DNA from: an uncultured Chloroflexia bacterium
Lineage (GTDB): Bacteria; Chloroflexota; Limnocylindria; Limnocylindrales; CSP1-4
Direction of reading: 5' to 3'
NCBI GenBank assembly: GCA_963706095.1
Contig: OY970149.1
Location: 1,859,398-1,923,397 of the forward strand
DNA: 64,000 nucleotides
Shown here: one piece after another, positions 18,683 to 27,370 of the stretch
Layout: every line of letters begins with the position of its first letter
Numbering within the stretch: position 1 is the stretch's first letter
Translations under genes and position numbers: made by a program
Notes under the pieces: model-generated
The model's database searches: none
Told to the model about the DNA's origin: nothing
What the model saw: the letters and a program-made list of their open reading frames with translations, nothing else

Positions 18683-19124
18683 CGTCCGGGCGCTGATCGA
18701 GGGCTCGGCGCAGGGCAGCGCCCTCGTGCTCGATGAGCCGCTGAGCTTCTGGGGCGGACTTGCCCATGAGAGCGGCGAGATCATCGACGCGCGACACCCC
18801 CAGCGCGGGGCCAACGTGCGCGGCCGGGCGCTGGTGATGACGTGTGGCCGTGGCTCGAGCTCATCGAGCAGCGTCCTGGCCGAGGCCATCCGGGCGGGCA
18901 CGGGTCCGGCACTGATCTGCCTCAGCGAGCCAGATGAGATCGTGGTGCTGGGCAGCCTCGTCGCCCAGATGCTCGACGGGACGATCGTTCCCGTGGCCGT
19001 CCTCGAGCAGGCCGACCATGCGCGCATCGGCACCGGCGACACGGTCAGCATCGGAGCCGACGGCCGCCTCGAAGTCAGACCTGCGCCTGCTCCTCCGGGA
19101 CCAGGAACGAGCCCTCGGACATGA
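18654..19124 (+). CDS. Aconitase X swivel-domain subunit (DUF126)
   Basis: ORF 18588..19124. I prefer GTG 18654, which has GGAAGGG upstream and overlaps the large-subunit gene by 29 nt. LSFWGG...G.IID..HP..G and CGRGSSSSSSVLAEAI are DUF126 hallmarks. Confidence 0.7.
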   Translation: MVDRAIWTADVRALIEGSAQGSALVLDEPLSFWGGLAHESGEIIDARHPQRGANVRGRALVMTCGRGSSSSSSVLAEAIRAGTGPALICLSEPDEIVVLGSLVAQMLDGTIVPVAVLEQADHARIGTGDTVSIGADGRLEVRPAPAPPGPGTSPRT

Positions 19125-19818
19125 TCTCCTCGCCGCGCACGTAGCGCACCGTGTACAGGCCCGGGCCGTCGATCATCGTCGCCAGCCGGACGCGGCGCAG
19201 GAAGCGCTGCACATCGGTGACCACCGGTCGAACCGCGCTCTCGGCGACGAGGCGCTGGCCCTCCGCTGTTGACGGATCGAGCTTCAGGACCAGGATTCGC
19301 AGGTCGGCGGAATCGGCGCTGTCGGTCAGGTAGGCGCTCCAGACCATGCGCTCTTCGGGGTCGAAGACGGTCTTCGGGTCCGTCACCTGGAGCTGCGAGT
19401 CGGAGTCGGTCCCGAAGGTTATGTACCCCGGCCCCACGTTCACAGCCGGCACGAAGGGCGTCGGGGGCGCCGTGATCTCCACGCTTGCGGCCGGCGACGG
19501 GTTGTCGGTCGCGGGCGCGAGGGTCGCCGGCGCGAGGGTCGGTGCGATCGCCGCTGACGCGGAAGCCGACGGTGAGCCGGCGGCGGCGGTGGGCTCTGCC
19601 GACGGGCTGGCCGCAACCTCTGGAGTGGGCGTCAGCGCGGGTGCGACGGCCGGGCGTTGCTGCAGGAAGGTGATGATCCCGAAGGCGAGCAGGCCCACGG
19701 TACCGATGACCACGAGGATGCCGAGCAGGCTGCCGATGATGGCGCCACGATCGCGCCGTCCGGCTGGGCGGACGGGACCATAGACGACCCCTTGGCGGTG
19801 TTGCTCACGCTTGGCCAC
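19075..19818 (-). CDS. Single-pass membrane protein with Ala/Pro-rich linker, unknown function
   Basis: ORF 19075..19818. One TM segment (AIIGSLLGILVVIGTVGLLAFGIITFL), then a PA-rich linker, then a folded-looking C-terminal domain. Confidence 0.55.
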   Translation of the reverse strand: MAKREQHRQGVVYGPVRPAGRRDRGAIIGSLLGILVVIGTVGLLAFGIITFLQQRPAVAPALTPTPEVAASPSAEPTAAAGSPSASASAAIAPTLAPATLAPATDNPSPAASVEITAPPTPFVPAVNVGPGYITFGTDSDSQLQVTDPKTVFDPEERMVWSAYLTDSADSADLRILVLKLDPSTAEGQRLVAESAVRPVVTDVQRFLRRVRLATMIDGPGLYTVRYVRGEEIMSEGSFLVPEEQAQV

Positions 19819-19877
19819 GAATGGATTGTTGCATCACAAACGGGAATCGCCGTCTCCCGCCAAGTTGCGTAGTTCCG

Positions 19878-20810
19878 TCAGATGGCCGCGATCGAGCGGG
19901 CCGCCATGCGTGGTGCGCGTCGCTGGGGATAGAGGCCACCGCGCTCGAGCAGCAGCACGACGCGCGCGCGTTGCCCGCGGTACGGCTCGAGCAGCTCGAG
20001 CATGCGCGCGTCGTCGCCGTCCGGCTCGCCGGCCAGAGCGCGACAGACCAGGCGCGGGATGTGAAAGTCGCCGACGCTCAACGCATCGGGATCGCCGTAT
20101 GCCAGTCTTGCCGCCTCGGCGGCGGTCCACGGCCCGATGCCCGGCAGCGCCTGGAGCCGTTGCAGCCGCTCCGACGCGGGCGCGTCGTGGAGCGTGGCCA
20201 ATCGGCGCTCGGCGGCCGCCGCCGCCCGGATCGTGTCCGCCCGGCGACGCTCGACGTCAATTGGATGGAACGCCCAATAGGGCATGCGCGCCAGCTTCTC
20301 GGGCGGCGGCGGCAGCCTCAAGCCGAGTGGCCCGGGTGCGGGTTCGCCGTGCAACCGGATCAGGGCGCGGTACGAGCGGCGCGCTTCGAACGACGTGATC
20401 TTCTGGCCAAGGATCGAGAACAGCAGCGTGTCCATGATCGGCGCGCCGCTGGTCAGCCTCAATCCAGGCAGCCGGCGCTGCAGGTCGCGCACCAGAGCGT
20501 GGCGCGGCATGAGCGGCGCCGGGTCGTCGCGTTCGCCGACCAGCGAGGGCACGAGATCGAGCGCCTCGGCCGCAGCCGCGCCCCACGCCTGCGCGCGCAC
20601 GGCGCCCGGCTCGAGAACCGTCAGGCGCAGGCTGGCCGTGCCGCTCGACAGCCGCAGCGCCCGCTCGATCACGCCGCCAGACACGTTCATCATCGGATCG
20701 CCGGGTCCCTGCCAGAGGATCCCCATGGTCGCCACCGGATCCGTGCCGGTGCGCAGCCGGAACAGGCGCTCCGTGGGCTGCGGGGGCTCGGACCAGGGAT
20801 CCACGGCCAT
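19878..20810 (-). CDS. DNA-3-methyladenine glycosylase II-like (HhH-GPD, AlkA family)
   Basis: ORF 19878..20810, 310 aa. HhH-GPD signature LQALPGIGPWTAAEAARLAYGDPDALSVGDFHI is present. Confidence 0.75.
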   Translation of the reverse strand: MAVDPWSEPPQPTERLFRLRTGTDPVATMGILWQGPGDPMMNVSGGVIERALRLSSGTASLRLTVLEPGAVRAQAWGAAAAEALDLVPSLVGERDDPAPLMPRHALVRDLQRRLPGLRLTSGAPIMDTLLFSILGQKITSFEARRSYRALIRLHGEPAPGPLGLRLPPPPEKLARMPYWAFHPIDVERRRADTIRAAAAAERRLATLHDAPASERLQRLQALPGIGPWTAAEAARLAYGDPDALSVGDFHIPRLVCRALAGEPDGDDARMLELLEPYRGQRARVVLLLERGGLYPQRRAPRMAARSIAAI

Positions 20811-20895
20811 CGTCTGAGTCTATTGCCGGACACCGGTACCAATAGGACCTCCGTTCCGTTGCCCACCGTCAACTCCTCTGCGAAATTCGCCATCA

Positions 20896-22308
20896 GTGAC
20901 CGCATCACAAGGCACCGCACCACCCGCGATCAGTCCCGCACAGCCAGGCCGGCCGCGGTTTTCCTCTGCGCTCCAGCTGCGCCGGTTCGCAGGTCTGCTC
21001 CTCGTGACGCTGGTGATCGCCGTGCTCGAGGTCAGCGGCCGGCCGGCGGGCCTCGACCCTGCGGTGCTCATTCCGATGGCCGTGCTCTGTGGGGCGGCGC
21101 TCGATGGCCTTCTCGGCGGAAGCATCGGTGGGGTGATCGGTGCCGCCTACATCGTCATGTACTACTCCGACCCGGCGCTCGCAAGCGCGGCAGCAGGAGC
21201 GCGTGTCCTCGCCGGTCTCGCGGCGACCGCCCTGTCGGTCCTGATAGCGGTGGCGCTGCGCGACCGCGCCACCGCGGCACGGCGCCGCGCCGCGCGGCGG
21301 ATCGCGGAATCAGACGCCCTGGTCGCCTTCGCCGCGCGGCTTGGAGCGGAACCACCAGAGGCTGTCGCCCAGACCATCGTCCGCGGCGCAGTCGAGGTCC
21401 TGGACGCTGACATGGCAGTGTTGACCGTGCTCGATCCCCCTTCCGGCCGGCACATCGTCCGCGCCGCGTATGGCGGCAGCGGCGCGGCCGTGGGCATTGA
21501 GGTCCTGCCCGGCGCGGGCATCACCGGACTCGCCATCCGCGACCGGCGCATCGTCGTCGCCACGGGGCAGGCGTCCGATGCCCACGCCGTCACGCGTATC
21601 CAGCGCCGCCTGCAGGGTAGGACCACGGCACAGGCGATGGCCGCACTGCCTGCTCTGCAGGCCGGTCGCGTCATCGCCACGCTGACCATCGGACGTGCCG
21701 ACGGCACGCCCTTCGGCAGCGACGAGAAGCGCGTCCTTGCGGCAATGGCGCCGTTGGTGACGCTCGCTGCGACGGGCACGCTCGCACGACGCGAGGCGGA
21801 CGTGGGATCGCCGCGCGATGCGGTCACGGGCCTTTACAACAAGGCCTACCTCGAGGCCGCGCTCGAGCAGCTCATCGCGCTGCGCCGGCGCGAGCCGGCC
21901 GAAGAGCGACCGCCGCTGTCATTGATCATGTTCGACATCGACGGCTTCGCGACGATCAATGACCGCCACGGCCGCCACGTCGGCGATCACGTTCTGCGCT
22001 CGGTGGCCACCGTGCTCCGTCAGCGCTTCCGTGCCAGCGACGTCGTCGCGCGAGTTGGGTCCGATTCCTTCCTCGTCGTGCTCAATGGCGCCACGCCCGA
22101 GATCGCCGCCGAGGCGGCGGCTCAGATCCGCCGCCAGGTGCGCGACCTGCACCTGTCGAGCTCGAGTGGCGAGGCCGTTTCGGTCACGCTCTCGGCCAGC
22201 AACGCGCTCTACCGCGAGGGCCAGCGCCCGGTCGAGCTCTTCGGCGCCGCGGAGACGGCGCTCGAGAAGGCGCGCTGGTCGGGACCGGGAGCCGCCGTCG
22301 CGATCTAG
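20896..22308 (+). CDS. Membrane-anchored GAF-GGDEF protein with degenerate active site (GSDSF) and intact I-site (RASD)
   Basis: ORF 20896..22308, 470 aa. N-terminal TM segments, a central GAF-like region, and a C-terminal GGDEF fold (...LIMFDIDGFATINDRHGRHVGDHVL...RASDVVARVGSDSFLVVL). Confidence 0.8.
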   Translation: MTASQGTAPPAISPAQPGRPRFSSALQLRRFAGLLLVTLVIAVLEVSGRPAGLDPAVLIPMAVLCGAALDGLLGGSIGGVIGAAYIVMYYSDPALASAAAGARVLAGLAATALSVLIAVALRDRATAARRRAARRIAESDALVAFAARLGAEPPEAVAQTIVRGAVEVLDADMAVLTVLDPPSGRHIVRAAYGGSGAAVGIEVLPGAGITGLAIRDRRIVVATGQASDAHAVTRIQRRLQGRTTAQAMAALPALQAGRVIATLTIGRADGTPFGSDEKRVLAAMAPLVTLAATGTLARREADVGSPRDAVTGLYNKAYLEAALEQLIALRRREPAEERPPLSLIMFDIDGFATINDRHGRHVGDHVLRSVATVLRQRFRASDVVARVGSDSFLVVLNGATPEIAAEAAAQIRRQVRDLHLSSSSGEAVSVTLSASNALYREGQRPVELFGAAETALEKARWSGPGAAVAI

Positions 22309-22327
22309 GCCTCGAGCTGGCCTCGGC

Positions 22328-23710
22328 CTATGCCTGGGGTTGAACGATCACCGACTGGCCAAGCGACCACAGGGTGACCGTTGTCAGCACCACCATCAGG
22401 ACAGCCAGCGGGATCTGGCGCGCTATCGGCGCCCTACCCTCCTCGTCCGCCAGCGCGGCGTGGCCGGCCCACGCGCCGATTATGTGTCCGCCGACCACGG
22501 CGGCAAGCTGGATGCTCCACACGATCGAGGTCGGGATGAACGACGTCGGCTCCCAGAAGCCGAGATCGGCCGGCAGCAGGTTGTCGCCACGGATGAGCGG
22601 GTCGTTGAGGGCGAGGATGATGCGCTGGCCGTCGACCAGCAGGAACGTCAGGTAGTGGGCGATGAGGTAGCCAACGGCCACCGGCAGCAGGCCAGCTGAC
22701 ACGGCGCGCACGCCGAGCGACCTTGCCGTCAGCAGCACGATGCCCACGACCAGCCCTAGGAAGACGACGGCGGTGATCGTATCGCGCACGACGCCGGTCC
22801 CGAGCGGTGTCTGGGCTATGAACAGGTTGAAATAGGGCTCTGTCTGCGACAGGCCGTCGAAGATGATCGCGCCAGTGCCCAGGGCGACCATGACCAGCTC
22901 GGCCCTGGCCCATGACCGAGTCAGCAACCCGGAGGCGAACGGGCGGCGCTCGACCTGGCCGTCCTCGGGCTCTCCGGCCAGCCCGAAGGGCGCGAGCCGA
23001 TTCAGGAGTTCGAACCAGACGCTGAAGATCTCCCCGTGGCGGCGCCACGTTTCGCGCCCGAACCAGCTCATCGCCGCGACCGTGATGAACGTGTACGCGA
23101 GCATGAACAGGCCGAGCGTGGAGCCACCCTCGACGCGGCCGACGAGCTCGAGCCACAGGATCACCGCGAAGCCGATGACGGCCGGCCAGCGCCCCAGCCG
23201 TTCGGGGTATTCCGCGCTCTCGCCGCCGCCCAGTCCAAGGCGCGATGCGGCCGCGGATAGCAGGGCATGGATGGTCGAGAAGGGATCGAGCCACGCCCAG
23301 ACCGGGCCAACAAGCGCGCTCAGGAGCGCGACTCCGACCCAGCCGTAGACCCACAGGAAGAGCGACGCGACATCGGCGTCGCCGAATCCGCCGAACAGGG
23401 TCTGGGCCGCGACCCACAGCCAGCCGATGAGGCCGATCGCCTGCAGCAGCCGGCGCAGCCACATCGGCACCGTCCGCGGGTCCGATCGAGGCGCCGGCTC
23501 GGGCCGTGCCGAAGGATTGCGCAGCATCACGAAGACGAAGGACATCGCCACGGCGATGGCGGCGCCGGCCAGATAGGCCACCAGCGGCAGCGGCGCCTCG
23601 TATTGCTCCTGGATGACATGCGCCTGGACCGGCTCGGCCAGCAGCGCCAGGCCGAGCATGCCGCCGAGCGCGGTCAGCGCGCGGGCGACCGCGCGCTTGG
23701 AGGAGGTCAT
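22328..23710 (-). CDS. Polytopic membrane protein, unknown function
   Basis: ORF 22328..23779. Start moved to ATG 23710, 17 nt after the stop of the upstream LLM gene. At least 10 hydrophobic segments. Confidence 0.6.
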   Translation of the reverse strand: MTSSKRAVARALTALGGMLGLALLAEPVQAHVIQEQYEAPLPLVAYLAGAAIAVAMSFVFVMLRNPSARPEPAPRSDPRTVPMWLRRLLQAIGLIGWLWVAAQTLFGGFGDADVASLFLWVYGWVGVALLSALVGPVWAWLDPFSTIHALLSAAASRLGLGGGESAEYPERLGRWPAVIGFAVILWLELVGRVEGGSTLGLFMLAYTFITVAAMSWFGRETWRRHGEIFSVWFELLNRLAPFGLAGEPEDGQVERRPFASGLLTRSWARAELVMVALGTGAIIFDGLSQTEPYFNLFIAQTPLGTGVVRDTITAVVFLGLVVGIVLLTARSLGVRAVSAGLLPVAVGYLIAHYLTFLLVDGQRIILALNDPLIRGDNLLPADLGFWEPTSFIPTSIVWSIQLAAVVGGHIIGAWAGHAALADEEGRAPIARQIPLAVLMVVLTTVTLWSLGQSVIVQPQA

Positions 23711-23726
23711 GGCCTCACGGTATCGG

Positions 23727-24635
23727 CTAGGACCCGAGAGCGTGGCTGTCGAGCAGGTCGGCGCCGCCAGCGCACGCATCCTCGGCCCATGCGGCGAGTG
23801 CTTCGTCGCTGTAGGCCGACTCGCGGATCATGGCGATCACGCGTGAGACGCCGAGCTCGCGGTACTCGGCAACCAACTCGGAACGCCGCTCGTTCGACAG
23901 CCCGGAGAAGGTCTCCCACCAGACATGGACCGAGACACTGAGTGACCCTGGATCCCGCCCGATCTCCTCGCAGCGACGACGGATGGTGGGCAGAGCCGCG
24001 CCAACCTCCGCTGGCGTCATGCCATCGACGTTGAGCTCGTCGGCATATCGCGCCGCGAGGCGCCAGGTCACGTTCGGTCCGTTGCCGCCGACCATGATCG
24101 GAATGCGCGGGTGCTGGACCGGCTTTGGCACGTTGATCGCGCGCTTGATGCTGAGGTGCTCACCGGCGTACGTGGCGTGATCGTCGGTCATCATCGCCGT
24201 CGTGATCTCGAGCGTGTCCTTGAGCATCGCCAGTCGCTCCGGGGCCTCCGGAAAGCCGTAACCGTAGGCGCGCCATTCGTCGCGTTTCCAACCCGCGCCG
24301 AGCCCGAGCTCGGCGCGGCCGCCACTGATCGCATCGAGCGTCGAGATCATCTTGGCCGTCAGGGCCGGATTGCGGTACGCGGCGCACAGCACGACGTGGC
24401 CGAGGCGCACGCGGCGTGTCTCCGCCGCCAGCGCGGCCAGTGCCGTGAACGCTTCGAACGTGATCTCGAGAGTCGGCCGCGGGACCGTATGAAAATGATC
24501 AAACAGCCAAATCGACTCGAAGCCGAGGGCCTCTGCCTGATGGGCCACGGCGCGCGTACGCGACCATGCGTCAACCGCAGTCCGGCCCTTGAACTCACCG
24601 GTCCAGCCCTGCGGAACGATTACGCCGATATGCAT
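23727..24635 (-). CDS. LLM-class F420-dependent-type oxidoreductase
   Basis: ORF 23727..24635, 302 aa. Motifs ...FESIWLFDHF... and RAELGLGAGWKRDEWRAYGYGFP are present. Confidence 0.8.
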   Translation of the reverse strand: MHIGVIVPQGWTGEFKGRTAVDAWSRTRAVAHQAEALGFESIWLFDHFHTVPRPTLEITFEAFTALAALAAETRRVRLGHVVLCAAYRNPALTAKMISTLDAISGGRAELGLGAGWKRDEWRAYGYGFPEAPERLAMLKDTLEITTAMMTDDHATYAGEHLSIKRAINVPKPVQHPRIPIMVGGNGPNVTWRLAARYADELNVDGMTPAEVGAALPTIRRRCEEIGRDPGSLSVSVHVWWETFSGLSNERRSELVAEYRELGVSRVIAMIRESAYSDEALAAWAEDACAGGADLLDSHALGS

Positions 24636-24748
24636 AAAGGTGCTCCTTCACATCGTGGGTAGAATTGCGAACAGCCGATTGCCCCATGGTGCGTGAATTT
24701 CAGCCGTGCCTATTGCAGTCTGGGTTTCAGTCGGAGAAGGAAATATCA

Positions 24749-25084
24749 ATGGCAAAGATTCGACAGGTTGACGTGGCGCTGCTCGACAGACCAAAGTCCG
24801 CAGCGGCCAAGCCGCGGGAGCTGAGTCCGGCCGCCCAGGCGCGCCAGAAGCAGCACCGTCAGTTCGTGCGCATGATCTCGAAGATCGCGGATTCGGACAC
24901 AGTTTTCGAGATTCGACTCGATGGCAACGAGAAGGCGCTTACCGTACGACAGCGCTTGATGAAGGCCGCGGACGACGCCGGTCGAGAGATCGTCGTGCGC
25001 AAGTCTGACAAGGGTTGGCTCGTCGGCCTCGCAACGCCCGAGCGGCGCTCGCGCCGGGGTCGGCGCAAGAGCAGCGCCGCCTGA
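24749..25084 (+). CDS. Small basic hypothetical protein
   Basis: Distal part of ORF 24665..25084. ATG 24749 follows GGAGAAGGA. Lower-GC segment. No recognisable motif. Confidence 0.5.
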   Translation: MAKIRQVDVALLDRPKSAAAKPRELSPAAQARQKQHRQFVRMISKIADSDTVFEIRLDGNEKALTVRQRLMKAADDAGREIVVRKSDKGWLVGLATPERRSRRGRRKSSAA

Positions 25085-25187
25085 CCCAACTCGGGCCACG
25101 CCAATAGAACAGGTCCAGGTCTTTGGGCGGCGCGACTCGCGCGACACCCAGAAGGCGCTGCGCTTTTTTCGCGAGCGGCGCATCAGC

Positions 25188-25460
25188 GTGGTCTTTGTCG
25201 ATCTCGCGACAAAGGCCATGGCCCCGGCAGAGCTGCGCCGCTTCAGTGATCGGCTGAAGCCGCGCGCGCTGCTCGACGAGCAGTCGCGCGCGTTCCAGGA
25301 TGCAGGCCTGGGCTACATGCGCCTCGAGGACGCCGAGCTGTTCGAGCGCGTCCTTGCCAACCAGCGTCTGCTCAGGCTGCCGCTCGTCCGCGCTGAACGA
25401 GAGCTGTCAGTCGGCTATGAGGAAGCGACCTGGAGGCGCTGGATCAGCGCCTCCAGGTAG
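25188..25460 (+). CDS. ArsC/Spx-fold family protein, Cys-less (minimal ORF; conserved N-terminus extends upstream to about 25104)
   Basis: ORF 25188..25460 (GTG). The in-frame upstream codons read ...IEQVQVFGRRDSRDTQKALRFFRERRIS, which looks like beta1/alpha1 of the ArsC fold. No ATG/GTG/TTG occurs between the stop at 25083-25085 and 25188. Confidence 0.55.
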   Translation: MVFVDLATKAMAPAELRRFSDRLKPRALLDEQSRAFQDAGLGYMRLEDAELFERVLANQRLLRLPLVRAERELSVGYEEATWRRWISASR

Positions 25461-25465
25461 ATCGC

Positions 25466-27238
25466 CTAGAACGCCTCGAAGCCGCTCGCCGGCATACCGG
25501 CGTCGGTCAATGAGCCAGCCACGACCATGCTTGCGGGCACTGTCGTGCGCTCCACTGTCCGAAGCAGCGTGACCTTGCCACCACTGAAGATGGCCAGGTC
25601 GTCCATCGAGTCCCAGTTGGCATTGAAGGCCTGGACGCGCATGTTCGTCGAGCTGATGCCACTGAACGTTCCGAGCAGCTGCGGGTCACCCAGCAGGCCG
25701 TCGGCGCGTCCGCGAAGGACATACACCTTGACCGAGTTGGGACCGTCGGGCACGACGCTGTAGACGTCATCGCGACCGTCCCGATCGAAGTCACCCAGGG
25801 TGTTCCTGGCATCGAGCGCCAACGGTGGATCGCCGGCCGCGTTCAGGGCGGCGAGGCCGACCGAGGAAATGGCGCCCGCTGGGCACGCTCCCCAGACGGA
25901 CAGGTTCGTGCAAGTTGCACGCGAGATGGCGGTTGAATAGGCGCCTGTGGTCGCATCACGCGTCACCAGGTCCGCCTTGCCGTCACCGTTAACGTCACCG
26001 GCAGCGACGAAGGCGTCGGCGCCGACCGGCCCGCTCCACCAATCGACAGCGCCGTTGAACTGCGCGCCGTCCGCGGAACGGAGCATCACCTTGAGCGTGG
26101 CCGTGCCACCGTTGAAGGTCACGAAGCCTGCGTCGCTCATGAAGTCGCCGTTAAAGTCGGCGACGACGAAGCGATCAGCCGCCGGCGGAGCCACCGGGTT
26201 GGCGACGGGTGCCGTGAAGGTGGTGCCGTTGCTGCGCGCGACCTGGAGCGTCCCGTTCTGTGTCAGGACGACGAGGTCGGCCAGCATCTTGTCGTCGGCG
26301 GCGCCGTTTGCATCGGCCGCGTTGACGTTGCCCAGGCCGGCCGCCTTAACGTTGACTCCGAGTGCGCCGTTGACAACGTTCGAATCGAAGCCCGTCATGT
26401 CTGTCTTCGCGCTGTACATGCGCCACTGGCCGGTATCCGTAACAACGCCGGTCTCGCCGCGCCATGCGCCACTGTCGCTCAGGACGTCGTGGCCGCGCGC
26501 GTCAACGAGGAATGACGGCTCAAAGTATTCACGCACGACCTCTTCGAAGGTCAATCCCTTCACGCCGCAGTCGCGCAGACTCTTCTGGAAGATCTTGAAA
26601 CCGGTCGAGTCAGCACCGCACGGCTTGCGAATCCCGGACCGATAGCCACTCAGGTACATGCGCGTCTGGTTGGTCTTGTGCCACTTGCGCATCGAGATAT
26701 GCCAGGTCTCGCGCATCGCCTTGAGATTTGCGGCAGATGCCCACGGCACATTCTTGGGCACCCACGCGCCAAGGGTCGCGTCCCATCGCTCAGGCTTGTA
26801 CAGCTGATCGGCCGTGGTGTCCTTGACGTCGAAGCACTCGGTCCGGATGAGCGCGCCGTTCGAATCGTAGAAATTCTTCTTGGCGCCGCGCCAATAGCGC
26901 GCGTAGTACCAACCGTATTGCTTGACCGTGAGCGCGCCGATGGTCATCCACGGGGCGGGCTTGTCAGAGCCTGTCGAATACTCGGCGCGGAGCACCGTGC
27001 CGACGTAGGTCCAGAAGGGCACCTTCTCCACCCGACCGGCGTTGGGGCCCTGCGATCGGAGGACATGGATGTACTGCGGCGGACGCAGGTCGTCGGTCCA
27101 AAGCGTTGGTCCGAAGTCGCACACGGACGGATCCGCGGCCAATACGGGTGTGGCCCCAATGGGGCTGGACATCAAAGTAGCGACGAGAACGCCAATAAGC
27201 GCCCACGCGCTGGGACGCGGGTTTCGCATGTGCAGCAA
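25466..27238 (-). CDS. Secreted protein: N-terminal SpoIID/LytB-like region (tentative) plus FG-GAP/VCBS repeats
   Basis: ORF 25466..27238, 590 aa. Has a signal peptide. Repeats DFNGDFMSD, GDVNGDGKADLV and GDFDRDGRDDVY match the FG-GAP Ca-binding motif. N-terminal ...WMTIGALTVKQYGWYYA...CFDVKDTTADQLYKPE resembles SpoIID-type domains. Confidence 0.65.
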   Translation of the reverse strand: MLHMRNPRPSAWALIGVLVATLMSSPIGATPVLAADPSVCDFGPTLWTDDLRPPQYIHVLRSQGPNAGRVEKVPFWTYVGTVLRAEYSTGSDKPAPWMTIGALTVKQYGWYYARYWRGAKKNFYDSNGALIRTECFDVKDTTADQLYKPERWDATLGAWVPKNVPWASAANLKAMRETWHISMRKWHKTNQTRMYLSGYRSGIRKPCGADSTGFKIFQKSLRDCGVKGLTFEEVVREYFEPSFLVDARGHDVLSDSGAWRGETGVVTDTGQWRMYSAKTDMTGFDSNVVNGALGVNVKAAGLGNVNAADANGAADDKMLADLVVLTQNGTLQVARSNGTTFTAPVANPVAPPAADRFVVADFNGDFMSDAGFVTFNGGTATLKVMLRSADGAQFNGAVDWWSGPVGADAFVAAGDVNGDGKADLVTRDATTGAYSTAISRATCTNLSVWGACPAGAISSVGLAALNAAGDPPLALDARNTLGDFDRDGRDDVYSVVPDGPNSVKVYVLRGRADGLLGDPQLLGTFSGISSTNMRVQAFNANWDSMDDLAIFSGGKVTLLRTVERTTVPASMVVAGSLTDAGMPASGFEAF

Positions 27239-27269
27239 CGTATTGACTCCCTCTCCCCGGGTCGATCAT

Positions 27270-27300
27270 CCGATGGGCCCGTTCCAAGCGGGACCATCGG
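27270..27300. promoter_or_regulatory. 31-nt imperfect palindrome/hairpin in a divergent intergenic region
   Basis: CCGATGGGCCC-gttccaagc-GGGACCATCGG, with 10 of 11 positions complementary. Lies 32 nt upstream of the FG-GAP gene start and 70 nt upstream of the Rieske oxygenase start. Confidence 0.3.
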
Positions 27301-27370
27301 GCACGGCTCCCTCCGTTTAAGGGCAGTTCGGTTCGCTCCACGGCGGACCGCCATAACGTACCCTGCCGGT

